Positions 20,320 through 29,510 of a stretch of 64,000 nucleotides of DNA are shown one piece after another (position 1 is the stretch's first letter; every line of letters begins with the position of its first letter). The stretch is from Daejeonella sp. (GTDB lineage: Bacteria; Bacteroidota; Bacteroidia; Sphingobacteriales; Sphingobacteriaceae): positions 7,602-71,601 of the forward strand of contig NZ_JBIKSU010000004.1 of NCBI RefSeq assembly GCF_044348475.1, given 5' to 3'. Under the pieces are notes generated by a model. The model saw nothing but the letters and a program-made list of their open reading frames with translations, was not told the DNA's origin and searched no databases. A program made the position numbers and the translations under genes.

Positions 20320-22125
20320 ATGATTAGAATAATCTTTTTACTTATTCTGATAATTTCCTCTTTAGGACTCAAAGCCCAGCTAAGTTCGGAAGAGGCCCTG
20401 GCTATGCAATATTTTCAATCTGGAGACTTTGAGAAGGCGGGCATACTGTATGAAAAGCTCTTCAATAGAACAAAAAATACAAGCTTTTACGACCCCTACT
20501 TCAACAGCCTGTTAAAACTTAAACAATTTAATGAGGCTGAAAAACTATCTCGAAGCTTACTTAAAAGTAATCCAGACAATTTTACCTATTCAGTTGATAT
20601 TGGCCGTATTTATCAAGAAAAGGGTGATCAGGAAAAAGCATTAGAATGGTTTAATACGTTGATAAGGACTATGCCCGCCAATGAGTTTGCTATCAAAGAG
20701 CTCGCAATAACCCTCTATCGCGCTGAAGCTTATGATTTTTCGATTAAAGCATTTATGACCGGAAGGAAGCTTCTCAATAATGAGAATGCTTTTAATTACG
20801 ACCTCCTAAGCCTGTACCGGTTCCGTAAAGACAAGCCAAATCTCATTCAGGAATATATAAATCTTCTGAGCACAAATCCTGAGGCATTGCCACAGGCACA
20901 AAGTGTTCTTGGAAATATTCTAGAGGGAAGCGAGGATTTTAATCAGCTAAGAACATCGATCTTACGCCGGCTTCAAAAGGAGCCGCAAAGTATCGTCATG
21001 ACAGAATTTTTAACCTGGCAATATATCCAGCAAAAAGATTTTGATATGGCCTTAAGGCAAACATTTGCTTTAGATCGCCGACTTAAAGAAGATGGAAACA
21101 GGGTCTTTGACCTTTCTCGTTTACTAATATCCAACCAAGCATTCGATCAAGCCATTGAATCATTAAACTATTTGGTATCAAAAGGTGTTAACAATAACTA
21201 TTATATACCCGCTAAAATTGAGCTCCTTAATGTAAAAACAAAGCAATTAACTTCTATCAAGTTCAGTAAAGAAAATCTGATCAATTTAGAAAATGATTTC
21301 AACGCTCTTATAAACGAATTTGGAACAAGCCAAGGAACAGTATTTGCAATACGTCAACTAGCTAATTTACAGGCATATTATCTCGAAAAACCAGCTATTG
21401 CAGCACAGCAACTGGAAAAATTAATGGAAATAAATGGCTTGCCTTCACAAATTATCGGACAAATAAAGTCGGATCTTGGCGATATTTACATCCTCACAGG
21501 CGAGGTTTGGGAAGCAACTCTTTTATATGGCCAACTTGAAAAAGCTTATGCAAATGAGCCATTGGGGCAAGAGGCAAGGTATAAGAATGCAAAATTAGCT
21601 TATTATCAGGCAGATTTTATTTGGGCAAAGGCACAACTCAATGTATTGAAAAGTTCAACTTCACAGTTAATTGCAAATGATGCACTAAACCTTAACCTAC
21701 TTATTTCAGATAATCTACAAAACGAAACAGATACTGCAGCACTCAGAAAATATGCCTATGCGGATCTTATGATTTTTAAAAACCAACCCAATAAAGCGTT
21801 AACCATACTGGATAGTATACCTGTTCTTTATCCGGGAAATTTACTTGCTGATGATGTTTTCATGGCAAAATCAAAGATCTATATCAAGAACAATGAGTTC
21901 AACCAAGCAATCGAACAGCTAATGGGAATAATTGAGAATTATCCAACAGAACTTTGGGGTGATGATGCGGTATTTATTCTAGCCGATCTTTATGAAACAA
22001 AATTAAATCAACCGGATAAAGCAATTGAATTATTTCAAAAAATAATTACCGATTTTCCTGGCAGTTTATATGTGATAGAGGCAAGAAAACGTTTCCGTAA
22101 ACTGAGAGGCGATAAGCTCGGATAA
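20320..22125 (+). CDS. tetratricopeptide-repeat protein (secreted)
   Basis: 601-aa ORF with a signal peptide and repeated TPR-like helical pairs throughout. Confidence 0.75.
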   Translation: MIRIIFLLILIISSLGLKAQLSSEEALAMQYFQSGDFEKAGILYEKLFNRTKNTSFYDPYFNSLLKLKQFNEAEKLSRSLLKSNPDNFTYSVDIGRIYQEKGDQEKALEWFNTLIRTMPANEFAIKELAITLYRAEAYDFSIKAFMTGRKLLNNENAFNYDLLSLYRFRKDKPNLIQEYINLLSTNPEALPQAQSVLGNILEGSEDFNQLRTSILRRLQKEPQSIVMTEFLTWQYIQQKDFDMALRQTFALDRRLKEDGNRVFDLSRLLISNQAFDQAIESLNYLVSKGVNNNYYIPAKIELLNVKTKQLTSIKFSKENLINLENDFNALINEFGTSQGTVFAIRQLANLQAYYLEKPAIAAQQLEKLMEINGLPSQIIGQIKSDLGDIYILTGEVWEATLLYGQLEKAYANEPLGQEARYKNAKLAYYQADFIWAKAQLNVLKSSTSQLIANDALNLNLLISDNLQNETDTAALRKYAYADLMIFKNQPNKALTILDSIPVLYPGNLLADDVFMAKSKIYIKNNEFNQAIEQLMGIIENYPTELWGDDAVFILADLYETKLNQPDKAIELFQKIITDFPGSLYVIEARKRFRKLRGDKLG

Positions 22126-22169
22126 AGGCAAAAACTTAATTTATAAATCCCTATTCCTATATTCGCAAC

Positions 22170-22478
22170 ATGATATTATTTAATTTAACCATAATTTTGG
22201 ATGAGGAGATTCATAATGAATGGTTGCACTGGATGAAGACGAAACAGATTCAGGATGTGATGAATACAGGATGTTTTGTTTCTAACCGCCTGCTTAATGT
22301 ATTGGATTCACCAAACGAAGGTGTTACCTATTGTGTTCAATACATTTCTGATTCTTTAGAAAACCTGAATGAGTTCAGACAAAAACATGAGCACATGATT
22401 CAGGCCAATATGCCTGAGCAATTCAATAATAAACTTGTACTATTCCCAACGGTAATGGAATTTATCGATAATCAATGA
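22170..22478 (+). CDS. DUF4286 family protein
   Basis: 102-aa ORF. The N-terminus (NLTIILDEEIHNEWLHWMKTKQIQDVMNTG) matches my memory of the small Bacteroidota DUF4286 family. Confidence 0.6.
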   Translation: MILFNLTIILDEEIHNEWLHWMKTKQIQDVMNTGCFVSNRLLNVLDSPNEGVTYCVQYISDSLENLNEFRQKHEHMIQANMPEQFNNKLVLFPTVMEFIDNQ

Positions 22479-23017
22479 ACATATTAACTACAAAAATAAA
22501 AGGACTTTTATTAATTGAGCCAAAGATCTGGAAAGACGATCGAGGTTATTTTTTTGAAAGCTATAATAAAAAAAGCTTTACAGAAGCTGGTATAGATGTA
22601 GATTTTGTGCAAGATAATCAGTCACTATCCCAAAAAGGAACCTTAAGAGGCTTGCATGCTCAAGCAGCTCCTCATGCCCAAGGAAAACTTGTTCGTGTAA
22701 TTCAGGGAAGAGTCATTGATGTTGTTGTTGATATCAGAAAGGATTCGGAAACCTATGGAGAACATTTAACCGTTGAGCTAAACGGAGAAACTAAGCAGAT
22801 GTTTTGGGTGCCGCCGGGATTTTTACATGGCTTTGTCACTCTCGAAGATAATACCATTTTTAGTTACAAAGTTTCAGGACTTTATAATAAATCAGCTGAG
22901 TTTGGGGTACTTTGGAATGATCCCAATTTGAACATAAACTGGGGAATATCACAAGACGAAGTGATCTTATCAGAAAAGGATCAGATTCTACCCTTATTTA
23001 AAGATCTTTCTTTGTAA
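22475..23017 (+). CDS. rfbC: dTDP-4-dehydrorhamnose 3,5-epimerase
   Basis: 180-aa ORF with RfbC motifs (DDRGYFFES, RGLHAQ, KLVRV..G...DVVVD.R..S.T.G). Its start overlaps the DUF4286 stop (ATGA). Confidence 0.9.
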   Translation: MNILTTKIKGLLLIEPKIWKDDRGYFFESYNKKSFTEAGIDVDFVQDNQSLSQKGTLRGLHAQAAPHAQGKLVRVIQGRVIDVVVDIRKDSETYGEHLTVELNGETKQMFWVPPGFLHGFVTLEDNTIFSYKVSGLYNKSAEFGVLWNDPNLNINWGISQDEVILSEKDQILPLFKDLSL

Positions 23018-23064
23018 AAAAACCGGAGCAATACTCAGAAAATAAACAAAGAGTTTATTCAACG

Positions 23065-23925
23065 CTACTTAATAAGATTGTAAAGTTCGTCTAGTTTAGG
23101 AGAAAGCACAATCTCTATCCGCCGGTTACGACTTCTGATATCTGCAGCATTACCCACCTCAATCGGCTGATACTCTCCCTTACCAGTAGCTGTTATTCTA
23201 TTACTTTCTATCTTTTCAGTTTCTGTCAAGAATCTAACAACTGAGGTTGCTCTAAGTACGCTTAGGTCCCAGTTATCTTTAATCTGTCCAAGATTCACCA
23301 CACGCTGGTTGTCGGTATGGCCCTCAACAGAAATATTTATTTCTGGCTGAGTTTTTAAGACCTTAGCAAGTTCCTGCAAGGCCAGCTTTCCCTTTTCATC
23401 AATGATGATGCTGCCACTACTAAACAATAGCTTATCTGTAAGAGAAACGTATACTTTTCCATTTCTGATATCCACGCTTAAACCACTTTGTTGAAATCCT
23501 AGCAATGCCTTTTGCAACTTATTTTTAAGCGCATTTGTTGCTTCATCTCTTTTGCGTAAAATATCTTCAACTTCCTTTAAACGCGCTTCCCGCTTACTTA
23601 AATCATCTGCAAGCTTCCGAATTTCAGAAGATGAATTAGAACGTAAGGAAGTATAACTGTCATCAAGTCCTTTTAGCTTTTTTTCAAGATTAGAAATCTT
23701 TGCTCCGAGTTCTGTGATCTTGGCCTGAAGTATAGCAGTGTCAGATCTTAAACTAACAATCTCGCCCTCTAAAGAGTTTATCTTTATTCTTGCTGCTTCC
23801 CAACCCAACGATAATGAGTCTTTCTGTGCTAATAATGTATTTAACTTCTTTGGCGACATGACAACACAAGAAGTTAATAGGCTAATAAAATACAAAGCAA
23901 AGGCAGGGATTAATAATTTTCTCAT
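23065..23925 (-). CDS. OmpA/MotB-domain lipoprotein with an N-terminal coiled coil
   Basis: The C-terminal OmpA-like domain has GHTD...N..LS..RA and RRIEIVL motifs. I start it at the internal ATG at 23925 (MRKLLIPAFALYFISLLTSC, lipobox) rather than the track start at 23949. Confidence 0.82.
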   Translation of the reverse strand: MRKLLIPAFALYFISLLTSCVVMSPKKLNTLLAQKDSLSLGWEAARIKINSLEGEIVSLRSDTAILQAKITELGAKISNLEKKLKGLDDSYTSLRSNSSSEIRKLADDLSKREARLKEVEDILRKRDEATNALKNKLQKALLGFQQSGLSVDIRNGKVYVSLTDKLLFSSGSIIIDEKGKLALQELAKVLKTQPEINISVEGHTDNQRVVNLGQIKDNWDLSVLRATSVVRFLTETEKIESNRITATGKGEYQPIEVGNAADIRSRNRRIEIVLSPKLDELYNLIK

Positions 23926-23935
23926 ATCAATAGGT

Positions 23936-24598
23936 CTATGCAATAGCATTTCTCAAAAATGCTATAAAAGGGTTCAATTTTGCAAATCCATTTACAACTT
24001 GTTCAACAGAACCCGAATGGATGAGTTCTGTATGATTAAGCTTATGACTAAATGTAAAACTCTTAAGTTTTAGGAATTCGATTTCCGGATGATCTTGATC
24101 ATAGCCTTTGGGGCATGTTTTTAGCTTATACTCCGATTCGAGGCTCCCATAATACTTCATGAATGAGGGGTCTTCAATGATTGCCCGAAAGTCGCTTCCA
24201 TTATAATCAATCTCTTGCCGGATTGCTTTTAAGAGATCAGCTTCAGGCATCCAGCATCCTCCGGCAATGAAAGATGCTTCAGGTTGAATATGCAGATAGT
24301 ATCCTGCCCCACTAAATTTCTTGCCATTTTGTGAAAAACCGGCACCAAAATTAGTTTTGTAAGGAGTTTTTACCTTGCTGAAACGAATATCTCTGTATAT
24401 TCTCATAACACAGTCCTTTGGATCTAACGAGGATGGTATTGTATGGTCAAATTTGGATAGGCCTAATATAACCTTACCCGCAAATTCGAGCACATTTAAG
24501 CGTGCATCATCATGCCTGCTCTTATTAAGTTGAAACCAATCGCGATTATTATTAGCCGCAAGATCATTTAAAAACTTAAACGTGTCCGATTTTATCAT
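23936..24598 (-). CDS. DUF2461 (TIGR02453) family protein
   Basis: 220-aa ORF. The N-terminus (FKFLNDLAANNNRDWFQLNK) and the IYRDIRFS motif are characteristic of the family. Confidence 0.78.
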   Translation of the reverse strand: MIKSDTFKFLNDLAANNNRDWFQLNKSRHDDARLNVLEFAGKVILGLSKFDHTIPSSLDPKDCVMRIYRDIRFSKVKTPYKTNFGAGFSQNGKKFSGAGYYLHIQPEASFIAGGCWMPEADLLKAIRQEIDYNGSDFRAIIEDPSFMKYYGSLESEYKLKTCPKGYDQDHPEIEFLKLKSFTFSHKLNHTELIHSGSVEQVVNGFAKLNPFIAFLRNAIA

Positions 24599-24983
24599 CC
24601 GTATCGTATTCAGGGTAATACTTAATTTTAGGTGTTAGTAAATGAAGCAGAAGTACCCTTGAATAGCGGTAATTAATTGGAGTAAGCGCTAAAATGGTGA
24701 GCAATATGGTTGTGATATATAACCAAGGTGATTTATCATTGCCTGTAATCAAGTAAGTAATTAAGCCAACATTTAACATTTCTCCAACAACAAAGGCATA
24801 GCTAACATACATGGCACCATAAAAAAACCCGGGTTCAACTTCAAACCGCATACCGCAATGAGAGCAATTCTCATTTGTATTCTGAAGATTCAAACCATAT
24901 AATGACCCGGCAAATATCTTGCCCCTTCTGCATCGCGGACATTTTGCCTTCACTATAGCTTCTAATTGTGATGTTTTTGCCAT
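24576..24983 (-). CDS. DUF983 membrane protein
   Basis: 135-aa ORF with an N-terminal zinc-ribbon-like CPRC...CSHC and two TM helices. It overlaps the downstream gene by 23 nt. Confidence 0.7.
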   Translation of the reverse strand: MAKTSQLEAIVKAKCPRCRRGKIFAGSLYGLNLQNTNENCSHCGMRFEVEPGFFYGAMYVSYAFVVGEMLNVGLITYLITGNDKSPWLYITTILLTILALTPINYRYSRVLLLHLLTPKIKYYPEYDTDDKIGHV

Positions 24984-25028
24984 AGATGATGAAATTTGGA
25001 AAGCCTTATAAACTAAAGAAGAGTAAGC

Positions 25029-25304
25029 TTAATTCAAATTAATTTTACTGTCCTTAATATTCATAGTCACATTTTTGCGCCTATATTTTTTATACCAAAG
25101 AAATCCTACTCCAGCAATAGCCAAATAGGGTGCAGCTAGAAGATAGAGAATGCCATTATTTAGACCCTTACCTTCTGAATTCCCATTTTGCACCGAATTC
25201 TCTGCATTTAGCGTGCACATAGAACATTGTGCAGAAGCATCGAGTGAGCTCAATGAAGTAACCGTTAAAATAAAGCCACAAAGAATTATTCTCAAAGTTT
25301 TCAT
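25029..25304 (-). CDS. small secreted or membrane-anchored CxxC protein, function unknown
   Basis: Started at the internal ATG at 25304 (MKTLRIILCGFILTVTSLSSLDASAQ|CSMC...). It has a signal peptide, a CSMC motif at the predicted mature N-terminus, a C-terminal TM helix (ILYLLAAPYLAIAGVGFLWY) and a basic tail. It is the last gene of the cox accessory operon. Confidence 0.55.
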   Translation of the reverse strand: MKTLRIILCGFILTVTSLSSLDASAQCSMCTLNAENSVQNGNSEGKGLNNGILYLLAAPYLAIAGVGFLWYKKYRRKNVTMNIKDSKINLN

Positions 25305-25396
25305 ACTACAAAGATATGGTAAATCGAATAGTAAACACATTTATGAGAGAGATTGATCGGTTTAAAATTAATCTCTGACGCTAATCAGACAATTAT

Positions 25397-25936
25397 TTAG
25401 AACGTATAATAAGGGGATATCATCAGATAAACAATTACCCCAGTAACAGTAACATATAACCAAATAGGGAATGTAAAACGAACTAGTTTTTTATGTGCTT
25501 CAACCTGCATTTGAAGTCCCTTTTGAAAACTAAACAATACCAGAGGTAAAACCACAGCTGCAAGAATAATGTGAGTTATAAGAATGAAATAATAAACAGA
25601 ACGGATAAACCCCTCTCCACCGTAGGTAGTTTTAATACCGGTAGCATGAAAAATGATATAAGAGACTAAAAAAAGTGAGGAAAAAATAAAAGTTAAAATG
25701 TTTAGTTTTTTATGAGTTGCTATATCTTTTCTTTTAATAAAATAAAGGGATAGTAGAAGAAGGATACTGCAAGTACCATTAATTATGGCATTAAACTTAG
25801 GAAGAAAAAGTACCCAAGCTGGAATTAGAGATTTATCAGGAAAAATATTGAGCACATTACTCTGTAATATGACTACAACAATTAAAACAAAAATAGAGAT
25901 TCCTGTAATGAGCTTGGAAATAAATTTATTATTCAT
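25397..25936 (-). CDS. DUF420 membrane protein (CtaM-like oxidase accessory factor)
   Basis: 179-aa ORF with 4-5 TM helices. It lies within the cox assembly gene string. Confidence 0.7.
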   Translation of the reverse strand: MNNKFISKLITGISIFVLIVVVILQSNVLNIFPDKSLIPAWVLFLPKFNAIINGTCSILLLLSLYFIKRKDIATHKKLNILTFIFSSLFLVSYIIFHATGIKTTYGGEGFIRSVYYFILITHIILAAVVLPLVLFSFQKGLQMQVEAHKKLVRFTFPIWLYVTVTGVIVYLMISPYYTF

Positions 25937-25958
25937 TCTGATGTGTTTTATATAGAAT

Positions 25959-26666
25959 TTATCGATCCTTGATATTTCGTAATTCTTCAGTAATTAGCAC
26001 TTTAATTTCATCAATTAGCAAGTTAACTTGATCCTGCCCCCTACTAGAATCATAATAGCCTCTGATTCGTTTTTGCGGATCAAGTAGGATTAACATTGGG
26101 CTATGAATTATATTGAGCTTATTAGAAGTATCCTGAATTGCATCTACCAAGAAATCTTGCTTGGCAATAGCATATATTAAGGTTTTATCGCCTGTCAGGA
26201 AATCCCACTTTTTATTTTCGGCAACAAATGGCTTGCTATATTTAGCAAGTACAGATGGACTATCATTTTCAGGATCTACGCTAATCGAAATAAAACGCAT
26301 CAATCTATTGTTATTAAAAGTTTTTGCAACACGGGCCATTTCCTTATTCATTCCCAAACAAAAAACAGGACAACGGGTATAGAAGAAATTAACGACCGTA
26401 ATTTGATTGCTGTCGGCCGGAAATTTAACAGAGTCTGAATTTTGGTTTAGAAATTTAAAGTCGCGTACTACGTGATAAATAGTATCTGGAATCTGTTTGC
26501 GACGTTTAATGTGGAATGTTTTTGCTACCTGCTTGGTACCATAAATAGGAAGAGGGCGATATCGATTCTGCCCTTTTTCCTTTAGTAAATAATATAAAGT
26601 GCCTGGTACTGCCAATAAAATTAGCAGAACCAGGATTTTTTTAATGGGAAATGAGGGTAAACTCAT
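25959..26666 (-). CDS. SCO1/SenC family copper chaperone
   Basis: 235-aa ORF with an N-terminal anchor, a thioredoxin fold and a CxxxC motif (CPVFC). Its start overlaps the subunit IV stop by 1 nt (TAATG). Confidence 0.85.
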   Translation of the reverse strand: MSLPSFPIKKILVLLILLAVPGTLYYLLKEKGQNRYRPLPIYGTKQVAKTFHIKRRKQIPDTIYHVVRDFKFLNQNSDSVKFPADSNQITVVNFFYTRCPVFCLGMNKEMARVAKTFNNNRLMRFISISVDPENDSPSVLAKYSKPFVAENKKWDFLTGDKTLIYAIAKQDFLVDAIQDTSNKLNIIHSPMLILLDPQKRIRGYYDSSRGQDQVNLLIDEIKVLITEELRNIKDR

Positions 26667-27004
26667 TAATTCATTTGAACAAACTGGTAAGAACCTTCAA
26701 TTAACATCAAAACAATAAAGTAAATAATGAATATTAATGAAACTGTAATTCCAGTTTTCAATGCAAATTTTTCAAATTTAAGGTGCATAAAGTATGCAAC
26801 AATATAGAATGCTTTTACAAGAGTAAGAGCTATATAAGCAAAATTGCCAATTCCGTGCCCTATCAAACCCTTAGGTATCATATAAAGCGCTATGAAGAAT
26901 TCAACTGCTGTTATTCCTAAAAGATAAAAAAAGACCTGCCAGATCTTTTTCTTGGTCATTCCCTCATGCTCTGCATGCTCATCGTGTGTGTGTTCTGCTG
27001 ACAT
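26666..27004 (-). CDS. cytochrome c oxidase subunit IV family protein
   Basis: 112-aa ORF with three TM helices and a His-rich N-terminus. It sits after the subunit III genes. Confidence 0.75.
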   Translation of the reverse strand: MSAEHTHDEHAEHEGMTKKKIWQVFFYLLGITAVEFFIALYMIPKGLIGHGIGNFAYIALTLVKAFYIVAYFMHLKFEKFALKTGITVSLIFIIYFIVLMLIEGSYQFVQMN

Positions 27005-27023
27005 TATATATGGATTATCAGGA

Positions 27024-27713
27024 TTAAACTAAATAAAAGAATGTAAATACAAATACCCAAACAAGGTCTACAAAGTGCCAGTACAAACCTACTTTTTCAA
27101 CCATTAGGTAGCTTCCACTTTTCTGGAAGACATTGAATATTACCATTAGAAGAATAATAATGTTAATTAAAACTCCGGTAAATACGTGGAAACCATGAAA
27201 GCCCGTTATCGTGAAAAACAGATTGGCAAATTGTAGTGCGCCAATCGTATCAGTACCGACATAAGAGGCTGGGAAACTTCCCCACCAATAACCTTCGTGA
27301 TGCAAGTGCGACCATTCTAAAGCCTGGCAACCCAGGAACATGAACCCACCTATAATAGTGGCAACCATCCACCAAACTACCTCTTTCTTAGAATTACGAT
27401 GTCCTGCCTCAACAGCAAGAACCATAGTTACCGAGCTCATAATGAGGATAAATGTCATGATACCCACAAAAACAAGCGGAAAACCATGATCTGCAATACC
27501 CGGTATAGATTGAAACACTACATCGGGATCTGGCCAGCTAATTTTACTAAAGCGTTGAGCTCCATAATAAATTAGAAAAGCAGAAAATGTAAAAGCATCT
27601 GACAGGAGGAAAAACCACATCATCAGTTTTCCATATTCTACGGCAAAAGGCGACTTTCCGCCACTCCAGGCGTCAGTTTTTAATTCATCTAGTTTTGAAA
27701 CAGTAGCACTCAT
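27024..27713 (-). CDS. heme-copper oxidase subunit III
   Basis: 229-aa polytopic ORF with subunit III-like motifs (GFHGFHV, WHFVDLVW). Confidence 0.85.
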   Translation of the reverse strand: MSATVSKLDELKTDAWSGGKSPFAVEYGKLMMWFFLLSDAFTFSAFLIYYGAQRFSKISWPDPDVVFQSIPGIADHGFPLVFVGIMTFILIMSSVTMVLAVEAGHRNSKKEVVWWMVATIIGGFMFLGCQALEWSHLHHEGYWWGSFPASYVGTDTIGALQFANLFFTITGFHGFHVFTGVLINIIILLMVIFNVFQKSGSYLMVEKVGLYWHFVDLVWVFVFTFFYLV

Positions 27714-27736
27714 TTAAACTATGGTATATTGATTTA

Positions 27737-28318
27737 TTATTGATTCAAAAGTAAGAAAACATATAGATAAATCCATAGGATATCTATAAAATGCCAAAAA
27801 ATGGATGTCACTTCCATGCGAAATATATTACGTACCTGAGGAATGTTGCGAATTTTGCCTATTAGAGCATAAATCAACATACATATACCAGCAACAATAT
27901 GTAACAAATGAGCACCAGAAAATACGTAAATAAATGACTGGGAGGCATTATAGTTTACAAAATACGCTCCTGATTCATACAATACTTGCCATGCTGAATA
28001 TTGACTGTAAAAAAAACAAAATGCAAGCGCAATGGTAAGTCCAATAAAAAGCTTTTGCCTGCCAAATTGTAATTTTTTTGCAGAGAGATAGGCTATATGC
28101 ATAGTCAGACTACTCAAAACTATGATAACAGAACTATACATAAATGCTTTAGGAAGTAAAACTTTAATTCCTCGCTCCACGTTGCCTTCGGTATAGACAA
28201 TAAAACCGCTGGTTAAAGCAGCAAACATCATAAATGAAGAGATAATAAACAGCCACATTAAAAATTTTCTTGCTTTAAAGTTCTGCCTATCCTCTACCTG
28301 TACATTTTTAATTTCCAT
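27737..28318 (-). CDS. heme-copper oxidase subunit III-like protein (second copy)
   Basis: 193-aa polytopic ORF with GAHLLHI and WHFIDILW motifs. Confidence 0.8.
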   Translation of the reverse strand: MEIKNVQVEDRQNFKARKFLMWLFIISSFMMFAALTSGFIVYTEGNVERGIKVLLPKAFMYSSVIIVLSSLTMHIAYLSAKKLQFGRQKLFIGLTIALAFCFFYSQYSAWQVLYESGAYFVNYNASQSFIYVFSGAHLLHIVAGICMLIYALIGKIRNIPQVRNIFRMEVTSIFWHFIDILWIYLYVFLLLNQ

Positions 28319-28324
28319 AGTATT

Positions 28325-29212
28325 CTATTTTGCTATAAAGTCAAATAATAAAGTAAGCTGCAACAAAGGCAGGTATATAAAAGATGTATACATCAAATTT
28401 TTTGCTGATAAAACATCTTTGTTTTTATACAATAAAATAGCCTTCCAAAAAAAGTAAAAGCCTGCAAGCAGCGCGATTACCAAATAAAAATTGCCAGCAA
28501 ATGCCTGACCATCTGGCATCAGGTATACCGTTGGCATCAAACTAACCGGCACCAGAATAATGGTTGTAAGCAGCGTAATAATGGCACTGGTTGTATCTTG
28601 TTTAGTTGTAGGCAATAATCTAAATCCAGCCCGCTTATAATCTTCATCAAGTACCCAGGCAATAGCCCAAAAATGAGGGAATTGCCATACAAACTGAATA
28701 AGGAAAAGTATTATAGGTATCCATGAAATACGTGGTTCATTAAATGATGCAAAATAACCAATCAATGGAGGAAAAGCACCAGGAAAAGCACCAATAAAAA
28801 CAGCAATTGGCGATTTTCTTTTCATAGGTGTATACACAAAAGCGTATAAAAATATCGACAATACTGATAATACACCTGTTGGAAAATTAAGTTTAACCAA
28901 CATTAATGTCCCTGTAATACCCATAACAAGACTAAGAACCAAAGCCTGTCCGGTTGTCATTTTACCCGAAGGAATGGGGCGATCCATTGTTCGTTTCATC
29001 AACTTATCCAGATCCTTTTCAATAATTTCGTTAAACCCATTGGCGGCACCTGTTACCAGAAAACCTCCAATCGTAAGAATCATCCAATTGAACCAGTTAA
29101 TATCTCCTTGAAACCTGCTTCCCATAAGAAAACAGATTGACGCAGAGAACACCACTGTCATCGTAAGTCTTAATTTTATTAACTTATTGAAATCGGATAT
29201 GAAATTCCTCAC
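28325..29212 (-). CDS. cyoE: protoheme IX farnesyltransferase (heme O synthase)
   Basis: 295-aa UbiA-family ORF with NGFNEIIEKDLDKLMKRT and FPHFW motifs typical of CyoE/CtaB. Confidence 0.9.
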   Translation of the reverse strand: MRNFISDFNKLIKLRLTMTVVFSASICFLMGSRFQGDINWFNWMILTIGGFLVTGAANGFNEIIEKDLDKLMKRTMDRPIPSGKMTTGQALVLSLVMGITGTLMLVKLNFPTGVLSVLSIFLYAFVYTPMKRKSPIAVFIGAFPGAFPPLIGYFASFNEPRISWIPIILFLIQFVWQFPHFWAIAWVLDEDYKRAGFRLLPTTKQDTTSAIITLLTTIILVPVSLMPTVYLMPDGQAFAGNFYLVIALLAGFYFFWKAILLYKNKDVLSAKNLMYTSFIYLPLLQLTLLFDFIAK

Positions 29213-29458
29213 TCTATGTTCTATTTCATAAAATTTAATTGCCTGATTTACTAATCTATAAAAACTAGCTCTGGCAGATTGGCTGTAAAAATACTAAGGA
29301 AATATATTTTAAATGGTATTTCCAAAGCTTATATCATGTATACTAAAGAATAATGATATTGAATTAACAATACATTTTTAGATGAAAAAAGCTAGGCTGA
29401 TTATAGAAAAGCAGACTAGTTTTTTCTTCAAAATGCAAATACGGAACATCCTTTAATT

Positions 29459-29488
29459 AAACAGGCAGTACCTGAATACTGCCTGTTT
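29459..29488 (-). terminator. Hairpin 22 nt downstream of the oxidase subunit I stop (candidate intrinsic terminator)
   Basis: Perfect 12-bp stem AAACAGGCAGTA / TACTGCCTGTTT with a 6-nt loop. On the minus strand the stem ends in TTT followed by AATTAAAG. About 250 bp of non-coding DNA follow before cyoE. Confidence 0.55.
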
Positions 29489-29510
29489 ATATTATTGATA
29501 GGTCTATTAT

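Noticed and set aside
23926-23949. Longer upstream starts given by the ORF track for the OmpA protein. The same issue applies to ActE (34657), D-aminoacylase (50911), glutaminyl cyclase (61870) and the small CxxC protein (25340).
   Set aside because: In each case an internal ATG gives a canonical signal peptide or lipobox at the N-terminus and removes an overlap with the neighbouring gene. The upstream extension adds non-signal residues.
24576-24598. 23-nt overlap between the DUF983 and DUF2461 genes, considered as a possible frameshift or fusion
   Set aside because: Both proteins have complete, family-typical N- and C-termini in their own frames. I treat it as a simple overlap.
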